Source of the DNA: Candidatus Hadarchaeales archaeon
GTDB lineage: Archaea; Hadarchaeota; Hadarchaeia; Hadarchaeales; Hadarchaeaceae
Length of the DNA: 32,000 nt
Direction: 5' to 3'
Assembly: GCA_038823825.1 (NCBI GenBank)
Contig: JAWBCC010000002.1
Location: 90,001 to 122,000 of the forward strand
This document shows positions 23,863 to 31,200 of the stretch, piece after piece. The position numbers and the translations under genes were made by a program. Below the pieces are notes generated by a model. The model was not told the origin of the DNA, ran no database searches, and worked only from the letters and a program-made list of their open reading frames with translations. Every line of letters starts with the position of its first letter. Position 1 is the stretch's first letter.

Positions 23863-24352
23863 TCTTCATTCGATTTATCAGGTTCTTCAGGAATTTTCTC
23901 CACTCCTCTTCGACATCCGGTGGTATGGGTCCTTTTCCGATCCCACCCTCATCGAGGTAGTAAATTTTTCCGTCTTTTTCCCCGAAATTGGACAGCTTCA
24001 TGTCTAGGACGAACCCAGCTCTCGCCGCTCTCTCAACGAGTTGTGCGATTCTTGTGATGGACACCCGCGTAATTTTGACTGGCTCCACATACTCGTGAAA
24101 CGAGACAACAACCATTTTCAAGCTGTTTCCAGACCTCAAACCCGTAACAACCGCTCCGTAAAACTCCGGCAGAAAATCGAGCTTTTTCCTTAGCTCCAGA
24201 TTTTTTTCAACGATTTTCCTGGCCAGCTCTTTTGCATCACCTTCACAGCTGTGAATTTTTAGAACGTAGTCTCCAACTCTGAGGACTGACCGGTAAAGTC
24301 CACGTCCCACTTCTTTTTCATCTCCGCGCAGGCATATCAGCTGGGAAGCCAT
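23852..24352 (-). CDS. Minimal protein-kinase-like protein (166 aa; Bud32/RIO-sized, ePK-type catalytic motifs)
   Basis: From the ATG at 24352: Gly-rich loop VGRGLYRSV (aa 15-23), VLK (K32), acidic helix ELARKIVEK, hinge-like FHEYVEP, catalytic loop LDMKLSNF (D117-x-K-x-x-N122), DEG (D134) 17 residues later. It is on the same strand as rad50 and starts 35 nt inside the rad50 3' end. The track start at 24430 is an upstream extension. Confidence 0.6.
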   Translation of the reverse strand: MASQLICLRGDEKEVGRGLYRSVLRVGDYVLKIHSCEGDAKELARKIVEKNLELRKKLDFLPEFYGAVVTGLRSGNSLKMVVVSFHEYVEPVKITRVSITRIAQLVERAARAGFVLDMKLSNFGEKDGKIYYLDEGGIGKGPIPPDVEEEWRKFLKNLINRMKIKK

Positions 24353-26723
24353 AATGCTCAACCGAAACCTGTTCACAGACGGTCGGTCCGTCTCTTTCTT
24401 TATCTCTTGAAAACCTGTAGAGAGTCCCACTCACCGCCGCTTCGAACATGGGATCATGCGTTATCAGTATTATCTGCCTGACGATTCCGGGCAATCTCTC
24501 CCTCATAACTCTAGCGAGCTCCTGCACGGATCTTTCGTCAAGGTTGTGTGTAGGTTCATCGAAGACAATCCACTTGAGATTCGGGGCAAAGAGAATGGCT
24601 AAGGCAACTCTAAGCGCCAGACATGCGACAGTTCTCTCACCGCCACTTGCAACCCCATCGACGTTTATCCACTCCCCTCCCCTTCTTCTCAACTGCAAAA
24701 CGTAGTCGTTCTCCTCTGAAAGCAACCTGATCCCAGTGTAATCTCCATATGGGTAGAGATCCGCCCACAGGCTGTTCATTATCTCGTTCACCTCGTTCAA
24801 AAATTCCTGCCTCATCTCCGTTTGTACCCTCATCACAACCTGCTGTAGAGCTTTCAAGGCACCGGATAGAGCCAGCCTCACCTCAGCCTCCTTCTCCCAC
24901 TCTTTGATTGTTTTCCTTTTCTCTTCGATTTCTTGGATTTCCCTCTGCAGTCGATCGATCTCTTTCTCTGCATTTTTCACATCCTGCTGAACTCCACCCA
25001 AGCATTGATGGAGATCTCTGCTTTTTTCCTCAAGCTCGGAAAGCTTTTTCTCATCAAACTCTAGCTTTAACTTCGTCAGCTGCTCTTCAAGTGCTTTAGA
25101 TCGATTTACGTATTCTTCGATCAGCTTCTCTAGCTCTTTCATATCTCTTCTAGTTTTCAACACTTCTAGGATTCTGTTGATTTCTTTCTCGATGTTTTTC
25201 TTTTCGTTTTCAAGCATCTGAATTTCTTCTTCGATTGACGACAGTTCCCTTTCTATATTCGGAATTTCCACCTGAATTTCAGAGAGCTTTTCCCTCATCT
25301 CAGCAAGCTCTTTTTCTTTCAATTCCAGATCTGCGGTTTCACGTCTGAGAATCTCCTCCTCGTTTGCCTCCCGTCGTAGCTCACGAAGTTTCCCAGAAAT
25401 TTCAGTCTCCTCATTCTCTAGCAGAGCGATCTTTCTTTTCACCTCTTCCATGTCTGCTCTCTTTTTGTCGATGAGGGAAACTTTCCTTTCTTCTGGTAGC
25501 GGATTATCGCAAACCGGACATGTACTTTCGGCTCGCCCAAGCTCGGCAATGGCATTAGAAAGCTCCACTTCTAGGTTTTTGAGTCGGCCGATTTCACCCC
25601 CAACACGTTTGAGTTCATTCTCCAGTCTTTCTATCTCTTCCTTCAGTTTTTTTGCAGCGAGTTCCTCAAGCTTTTTTCTCTTCTCACGTTTGACGACCAG
25701 TTCTTTCTCAAGTCTCTGAATACCGGCCGTCAGACTTCTACCGTCAGCCAGCAACTCGCTTTTTTTCTGGATGAGTTTTTCTTTTGTTTTGTTCTTTTCC
25801 TCGATGAATCCGCTAGTAGTTTTGAACTTACTTTCGAGTTCATCCTTTTTTGAAATCAAAAAATCTTCTGAAACATGAGCCATCTCTCCAAGTGTTTTTC
25901 TAGAATTTTCAAGCTGGTTTTTTGCCTGTTCTATTTTTCCCTCGATCTGCCAACGCTCCGTTTTTATTTCCGAGATTTTCTTCTCAATTTCCTTCAAGCG
26001 TTGTTGTTCTTTATCAATCTCGTCCAGCTCTTGCGAAATCTTTGCAAGCTCGCGCTTTTTCAGTTCATACTGCTGCTTTATTTCTTCCAAGTTTCTTTTG
26101 AATTCCTCAAGCTTTTGAAGCCGCTCATCTTTTTTGAGTGTCTCAGCTTTCTTCTTTGATTCTTCTCCTAAAATTTCAAGCTCTCTTGCCAGAGATCCAA
26201 AACCCTTTCTAACCTCCTCAAATTTCGAAAGTCCCAGAAGTTCATCTATTTTTCTTTTCCTGTCTCCAGCCCGCAGCTCCAGAATATAATCGAGCCTATT
26301 TTGTTCTGAGTAAACAGCTCTTTCATAAACATCCCTAGTTATCTTCAGAATCTCGCAAACTTTTTCTGTGACCCTTTCAGTACTCCCGCTTATCACCGTG
26401 CTCCCATCGGCTTTCCTGAGCTCGGCCCATGTCGTCCCTTTCCCTCGCATGATCGTCCTTTTGACCGAGTACTCAACACCATCTGGAGAGATGAATCCGA
26501 CCTCGACCTCTCCTCTTTGCTCATTCTTCCTTATCAGATCCTCCAGTTTCACTTTCTTACTTTCAACATCCGAAATCATCCCAAAGAGCGCAAACTCCAC
26601 AGCCGTAAGAACTGATGTTTTCCCGCTGCCGTTTGGTCCAACCAGAACGTTTGTCCCCTCCTGAAATCTGAGGTGGGTGTCTGCATGCGATCGCCAGTTC
26701 TTTATTTTGACCTCGAAGATCAT
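24318..26723 (-). CDS. rad50: DNA double-strand break repair ATPase Rad50
   Basis: Walker A GPNGSGKTS. Long E/K-rich coiled coil with a central zinc hook (STCPVCDNPL). Signature SGGERTVACLALRVAL, Walker B/D-loop IVFDEPTHNLD, H-loop ILITHD. ATGA overlap with mre11. Confidence 0.93.
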   Translation of the reverse strand: MIFEVKIKNWRSHADTHLRFQEGTNVLVGPNGSGKTSVLTAVEFALFGMISDVESKKVKLEDLIRKNEQRGEVEVGFISPDGVEYSVKRTIMRGKGTTWAELRKADGSTVISGSTERVTEKVCEILKITRDVYERAVYSEQNRLDYILELRAGDRKRKIDELLGLSKFEEVRKGFGSLARELEILGEESKKKAETLKKDERLQKLEEFKRNLEEIKQQYELKKRELAKISQELDEIDKEQQRLKEIEKKISEIKTERWQIEGKIEQAKNQLENSRKTLGEMAHVSEDFLISKKDELESKFKTTSGFIEEKNKTKEKLIQKKSELLADGRSLTAGIQRLEKELVVKREKRKKLEELAAKKLKEEIERLENELKRVGGEIGRLKNLEVELSNAIAELGRAESTCPVCDNPLPEERKVSLIDKKRADMEEVKRKIALLENEETEISGKLRELRREANEEEILRRETADLELKEKELAEMREKLSEIQVEIPNIERELSSIEEEIQMLENEKKNIEKEINRILEVLKTRRDMKELEKLIEEYVNRSKALEEQLTKLKLEFDEKKLSELEEKSRDLHQCLGGVQQDVKNAEKEIDRLQREIQEIEEKRKTIKEWEKEAEVRLALSGALKALQQVVMRVQTEMRQEFLNEVNEIMNSLWADLYPYGDYTGIRLLSEENDYVLQLRRRGGEWINVDGVASGGERTVACLALRVALAILFAPNLKWIVFDEPTHNLDERSVQELARVMRERLPGIVRQIILITHDPMFEAAVSGTLYRFSRDKERDGPTVCEQVSVEHYGFPADMPARR

Positions 26724-28000
26724 CCGGAACCACCACGAACGAGCTCAGAAACGAGTTCATCCACCATTTTTTTGGCTTCTTCCTCTTTTTTCGCAGCGAG
26801 CAACTCAAATAGTCCTCTCATGTCTAGCATCTGAGCGGCCGGAATATCTTTAGCATATTCCAAAAGTAGGAGTATTCCCCTTTCCTCGATGGGAACACCT
26901 TTCTCTCTCATGCTCCTCAGCGCAGCAATTCTCTCCTCCAGACCCTTTGCGGTCAGTCTGTCGTGGGATATCTCTAGGATTGCTTCTTTGCCAAATTCTT
27001 CAACTAGAATGGATGGATCAAAATCTATTTTCGCCACACCATTTGCCAGCGTTCCCTCCAATCTCAGTTTTATTATCGGAATCTTCTCCGTGTTCTTCCG
27101 TGCTCTTTGTAGCAACTCCTTTACCTTATTCCTGCACGTGGTGTAGATTTGTTCAAGTGTAGCATCTCTAAATACCAATCTTTCGTAAAAGAAATCTCTT
27201 GGAGACCTTAGCTCGACGAACCTGCGCTGCACGATTTTCCCATCGATGTCAAGTATATAGAATCCCTTTGGGTTGCCGGCTTCTATGTCCGAAAGCTGCG
27301 TCCTCTCTGTGCTTCCCGGAATAAGCAAAAGTCTGTTATGGACAGTAGCCTCAGCCCGATAATGAACGTGTCCATCTAGATAGAGGTCAAAACCTGTAGG
27401 CAGGTCAGAGAACTGAATGCTTGGTTTTTCCTCAGAGGAAAAAGTGAAGCTCCCTATCGACTGATGTAACAGGAGAACGTTAAATGAGTTCTCCACCGGT
27501 TTTGGATTCCAAGCCTTTATCGTCGGCAAAAGATCTCTTTCTGGAACATAGCTCAGCCCGTGTAGTGAAATTCTTTCCCCATTTTTTTCAAAAGTCACAG
27601 AATTCGCATTAAGCAATATGAGTTTTCCCGCAGCCTCGAGCGCCTCAACGGGATTTTTTTCACCTCTTGCTCTTCTTTCGTGGTTTCCAAAAATCGCCAC
27701 GAGCGGAATACCACGCAAAGCTAGCGGAGAGATAGAATCTTCCGGTTTATCAATTGTCTCCACGAGTTTTATCCCACTATTTTCGGCGAGCTGGGGAGAG
27801 GTTAGAATTCGAAGAGCTCTAGCCCAGCTCTCCAAGCTTGGCTTACTTCTATCGAAGATATCTCCCAAAACCAGAATAAGATCAGCTCCGGATGTGATGG
27901 CTTTTCTAAGAGCCTCCTCTGCCTGGTCGAAGGAATCTTGTTCACGAGTAGTTCCAGATTTCACTCCGAAATGAAAATCAGACATTACAGCGATTCTCAT
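26720..28000 (-). CDS. mre11: DNA double-strand break repair nuclease Mre11
   Basis: Calcineurin-like phosphoesterase motifs DFHFG, GDIFD, GNHE, LLLHQ and GHVH. The ATG at 28000 (MRIAVMSDFHFG) is preferred over the GTG at 28015. Confidence 0.92.
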   Translation of the reverse strand: MRIAVMSDFHFGVKSGTTREQDSFDQAEEALRKAITSGADLILVLGDIFDRSKPSLESWARALRILTSPQLAENSGIKLVETIDKPEDSISPLALRGIPLVAIFGNHERRARGEKNPVEALEAAGKLILLNANSVTFEKNGERISLHGLSYVPERDLLPTIKAWNPKPVENSFNVLLLHQSIGSFTFSSEEKPSIQFSDLPTGFDLYLDGHVHYRAEATVHNRLLLIPGSTERTQLSDIEAGNPKGFYILDIDGKIVQRRFVELRSPRDFFYERLVFRDATLEQIYTTCRNKVKELLQRARKNTEKIPIIKLRLEGTLANGVAKIDFDPSILVEEFGKEAILEISHDRLTAKGLEERIAALRSMREKGVPIEERGILLLLEYAKDIPAAQMLDMRGLFELLAAKKEEEAKKMVDELVSELVRGGSG

Positions 28001-28078
28001 CAGAGTAAAATTCACGCGAAGTGCTTTAATTTTTGCTTACGTGCCGGATTAAAACCCAAAAAGGAGAAATTAACATTG

Positions 28079-29308
28079 ATGACGGAAATTTGGGTTGATA
28101 AACATTCTCCAAAAAGCTTGGCTGAGGTCGTGGGGCAGGCAGCCGCGATCGAGAAGATGAAAGCCTGGGCTAGAGAGTGGAAAAAGAAAACCCCAGCGAA
28201 GAAAGCCTTGCTTCTTTACGGACCACCGGGAACTGGAAAGACGATATCCGCAATTCTGCTTGCAAAAGAAATGGGGTGGGAGTATGTGGAGATGAATGCA
28301 AGCGACGAGCGGACGCTTTCCGCGGTTAGGAGAATTGCCGGAGAAGCCTCTAGGGCCGGGACTCTGTTTGAAGGAGCGGCTGGCAGAAGACTCCTGATAA
28401 TCGACGAAGCAGATAATATTCACGGAACTGCAGATCGCGGCGGTTACGCTGCTCTTAGAGAAATTCTCAACGAGACGAGAAACCCAATAATTCTCATCGC
28501 TAACGATCTTTATGCGGTGCCGGCAGATATCCGTGCGCTCTGTCTACCTATCGTTTTCCGGAGGATTCAGAAACCACTCATAGTCAAAAGACTAGCAACG
28601 ATAGCCCAGAGAGAGAAAATAAGGGCAGATCAGGAAGCTCTTGAAATGATTGCGAACATATCGGAAGGAGATATGCGCTCAGCCATTCACGATCTTCAGG
28701 TCGCAGCTTTTGGAAAGAAAACTCTCACGAAGGATGACGTGATAATTGCAAGGAGAAACCGTGAAAAAACGATTTTCGATGCTCTGAGCGCTATTCTCGG
28801 AAGTAAGAGTGCGAAAATCGCCAGAACCGCTTTGTGGGACGCAGATCTTTCACCGGACGAAGCATTTGCTTGGATCGTTGAAAACGTTCCAAAGGTTGTA
28901 AAGGATCCTGAGTCGCTTGTAAAAGTTTATGAAGTTCTTTCGAAGGCGGACAAATTTTTTGGTTATTCTAGGAGTTCGTACAAATTCTGGAGTTTTGCGT
29001 CAGATATGATGACTGCCGGTGTGGCGGTTAGTAAAGGAGAAGAGCTTCAATTCTCAAAATTCCAGCCGTCTTCGTGGATAAGGAAGATGGCACAAACAAT
29101 GAAAACAAGAAACATTCGCAATTCCGTTGCCAAAAAGCTTGCGCGCAAATGTCATACCTCCTCCAGAGTTGTGAAAAAGGATTTTCTGCCTTATCTACCT
29201 ATAATGCTTGGCGGCAAACCGGAGCGTTTACAACATTTGGCTAGAGAACTGGAGTTGAACGAAGAAGAAATAGAATTTCTCAAGTCGCTAAGGGCAGGGA
29301 AGTCATGA
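28079..29308 (+). CDS. rfcL: Replication factor C large subunit
   Basis: WVDKHSPKSLAEVVGQ…ALLLYGPPGTGKT…EMNASDER…LIIDEADNI…GDMRSAIHDLQ are the AAA+ clamp-loader boxes of archaeal RFC-L. The ATG at 28079 is preceded by AAGGAG. The track start at 27938 overlaps mre11. Confidence 0.9.
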   Translation: MTEIWVDKHSPKSLAEVVGQAAAIEKMKAWAREWKKKTPAKKALLLYGPPGTGKTISAILLAKEMGWEYVEMNASDERTLSAVRRIAGEASRAGTLFEGAAGRRLLIIDEADNIHGTADRGGYAALREILNETRNPIILIANDLYAVPADIRALCLPIVFRRIQKPLIVKRLATIAQREKIRADQEALEMIANISEGDMRSAIHDLQVAAFGKKTLTKDDVIIARRNREKTIFDALSAILGSKSAKIARTALWDADLSPDEAFAWIVENVPKVVKDPESLVKVYEVLSKADKFFGYSRSSYKFWSFASDMMTAGVAVSKGEELQFSKFQPSSWIRKMAQTMKTRNIRNSVAKKLARKCHTSSRVVKKDFLPYLPIMLGGKPERLQHLARELELNEEEIEFLKSLRAGKS

Positions 29309-30375
29309 AAATTTCCAAAAAATTACAGTTTGGCAAGTTTGTTACGCCCATACCAGATAAGCAAAGACCCGTTTATCGTTGGTTTCAGCTGAAGGAGTCA
29401 TTCTCGAGCCATCTCGTTCTTACGCTTTTAGATCTCTGGAAGCCAGACCGGAACTCGCTAGTTTTAGATCCTTTCTGTGGAGCTGGTACGACATTGCTCG
29501 CCTGCAAGGAGGCAGGATTGTCCAGCATAGGTTTTGACGTTCATCCTCTTTTTTTGTTCGCGTCTCGCGTGAAAACGTCCGATTATGATTTGGCGAGGCT
29601 TCACCAACTAATGAATGAAATAATCGCGGTTGAGGTAGAGCCCGGCGAAATCGCTCCAGAATGGGTTAGAAAATTCTTTCCGCCAAAAATCCCTGAACTG
29701 ATCTTAAGTTTAAAGGAAAAAATTTTGAAGCTTGAAGAAAGGGAGAGAAATTTCTTTCTGCTTGCTCTTATGAAGGCAGCTCTTCATTGCAGTTGGGCGG
29801 AAGTAGACGGTGCAGTTCTCAAGGTTAGAAAGAGAAAGGTGAAGCCACTCTTAACAATTTTTAAAGAGGTAACCGAAGGGATGCTCGAGGATTTAAGGAA
29901 TCTTCCCACAAAACCAGCGAAAGTAAGGATAGAGAGGTGTGATGCCAGGAGGATGAATCTTCCCGACGAGAGCATTGATATAACCATAACGTCTCCGCCA
30001 TACTTATTCAAGGGTGAGTACATAAGAGCATACAAGATCGAGGAGTGGATTTTGGATGTCCAAACAAATATAGAAAGTTTCTTTGGTGGTTGGGCTGACG
30101 ATTCAAGTCCAGAAGAGTATTTCTCAGATATGGCGAGATTCATGGAGGAACTTTTCAGAGTTTCTCGTTCTGCAGCCAAAGTCTGTTTGGTGATCTCCGA
30201 CGGTTGTTCGAAGAGGGGTGTTGTGAAAGTGATCGAAAAGGTTTCAGAAATTGCCAAGGATGTTGGCTTCTCCGTGAAGAAGGCGATACTCGTCAATGAA
30301 AGATGGTGCACGACGCCATCGAGGCGGAAGCTCGGCAAAGCAGGGGAATATCTACTCATGCTGGAGAAAAAATAA
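29305..30375 (+). CDS. Orphan SAM-dependent amino methyltransferase (N4-C/N6-A type) with permuted motif order (I before IV)
   Basis: Motif I context YRWFQLKESFSSHLV…VLDPFCGAGTT at aa ~24-63. Motif IV context CDARRMNLPDESIDITITSPPY at aa ~212-233. ATGA overlap with the rfcL stop. No nuclease-like neighbour. Confidence 0.8.
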   Translation: MKISKKLQFGKFVTPIPDKQRPVYRWFQLKESFSSHLVLTLLDLWKPDRNSLVLDPFCGAGTTLLACKEAGLSSIGFDVHPLFLFASRVKTSDYDLARLHQLMNEIIAVEVEPGEIAPEWVRKFFPPKIPELILSLKEKILKLEERERNFFLLALMKAALHCSWAEVDGAVLKVRKRKVKPLLTIFKEVTEGMLEDLRNLPTKPAKVRIERCDARRMNLPDESIDITITSPPYLFKGEYIRAYKIEEWILDVQTNIESFFGGWADDSSPEEYFSDMARFMEELFRVSRSAAKVCLVISDGCSKRGVVKVIEKVSEIAKDVGFSVKKAILVNERWCTTPSRRKLGKAGEYLLMLEKK

Positions 30376-30411
30376 AGAAAGGTTGTGGGATAATCTTTTT
30401 CTGGCATCGGT

Positions 30412-31200
30412 ATGTCCAACTTCGTGTACATTCTTGGTCCGGCCGGCTGTGGAAAATCTACCCTAACAGCCGTGTTATACGAGACTATGAGAGCCGCAGG
30501 TCTGGAAGTTTTGTCCGTTAACTTAGACCCTGGAGCCGAGTGGCTTCCATATACGCCCGAGATAGACATAAGAAAGGATATCTCACTTCGCGAGGTAATG
30601 AGGGAGTTCAGGCTCGGACCGAATGGTGCTCTCGTAGTCTCTGTAGATCTCATCGTCGACCATATTCCAAAAATTAGAGAGATTATCTCAAAATGGAACC
30701 CCGACTACGTGTTGGTGGACACTCCGGGACAAATGGAGCTATTCGCGTTCAGGGATACCGGTCCAATGGTCGTGCGTGCCTTTACCGAGAAAGGTACTCC
30801 TCTAATTCTCTTTCTAATCGATGCATTTCTGGCCCGCAGCCCGAGCTCTTTCATATCGATGTTAATGCTTTCGACATCGGTTCTAAGCCGTTTCAGGGTA
30901 GCACAGCTGAACGTTCTGACAAAGGCAGATTTGCTCGACGAAAAAACCGTGGAGGAGATATCAGACTGGGTGAACAGAAAAGATGCTCTTTTAGAAAAGC
31001 TCGAAAGTGAGGAAAATCCACTGAACAGAGAGAACACAAAAATGATATTGGAGGCTGTAGAGAAGATGGGCCTAGCAGGAGAGCTGCTTCCGATTTCCGC
31101 AACTGAGAATAAAGGAATTGTTGAACTCGTGAGCTTGATCGAGAGAAGTTTTGCGGCAGAAACACGTCTGGACGTTCAAGAGGAGGTGGAAAAGTTTTGA
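30412..31200 (+). CDS. GPN-loop GTPase (paralogue B)
   Basis: G1 GPAGCGKST, NLDPG, GPN loop (RLGPNGAL), DTPGQME, and G4 variant TKAD; 262 aa. Confidence 0.88.
   Translation: MSNFVYILGPAGCGKSTLTAVLYETMRAAGLEVLSVNLDPGAEWLPYTPEIDIRKDISLREVMREFRLGPNGALVVSVDLIVDHIPKIREIISKWNPDYVLVDTPGQMELFAFRDTGPMVVRAFTEKGTPLILFLIDAFLARSPSSFISMLMLSTSVLSRFRVAQLNVLTKADLLDEKTVEEISDWVNRKDALLEKLESEENPLNRENTKMILEAVEKMGLAGELLPISATENKGIVELVSLIERSFAAETRLDVQEEVEKF

Noticed and set aside
24353-24430. Upstream extension of the kinase-like ORF (track start 24430)
   Set aside because: The extra 26 aa lie entirely inside the conserved rad50 C-terminal coding region and add nothing to the kinase-like core. The ATG at 24352 is the more economical choice, although the true start is unverified.
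24900-26200. Repetitive-looking purine/pyrimidine-rich DNA (ctt/ttc runs) that could be mistaken for a tandem repeat or CRISPR-like array
   Set aside because: It encodes the E/K/L-rich heptad coiled coil of Rad50 flanking the CPVC zinc hook. There are no unit-length direct repeats or spacers.
27938-28078. Upstream extension of rfcL overlapping mre11
   Set aside because: The RFC-L family N-terminus (WVDKHSPKSL) starts right after the ATG at 28079, which has an AAGGAG SD. The extension is antisense to the conserved mre11 N-terminus.
29784-30653. 289-aa minus-strand ORF antisense to the orphan MTase and GPN-B, plus similar long antisense ORFs at 5365-5844, 6771-7253, 8835-9350, 10239-10823, 11681-12190, 20083-20687 and 30893-31414
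   Set aside because: All are Ser/Pro/Leu/Arg-rich with no motifs. Each lies fully antisense to a gene with strong family signatures. These are typical shadow ORFs.
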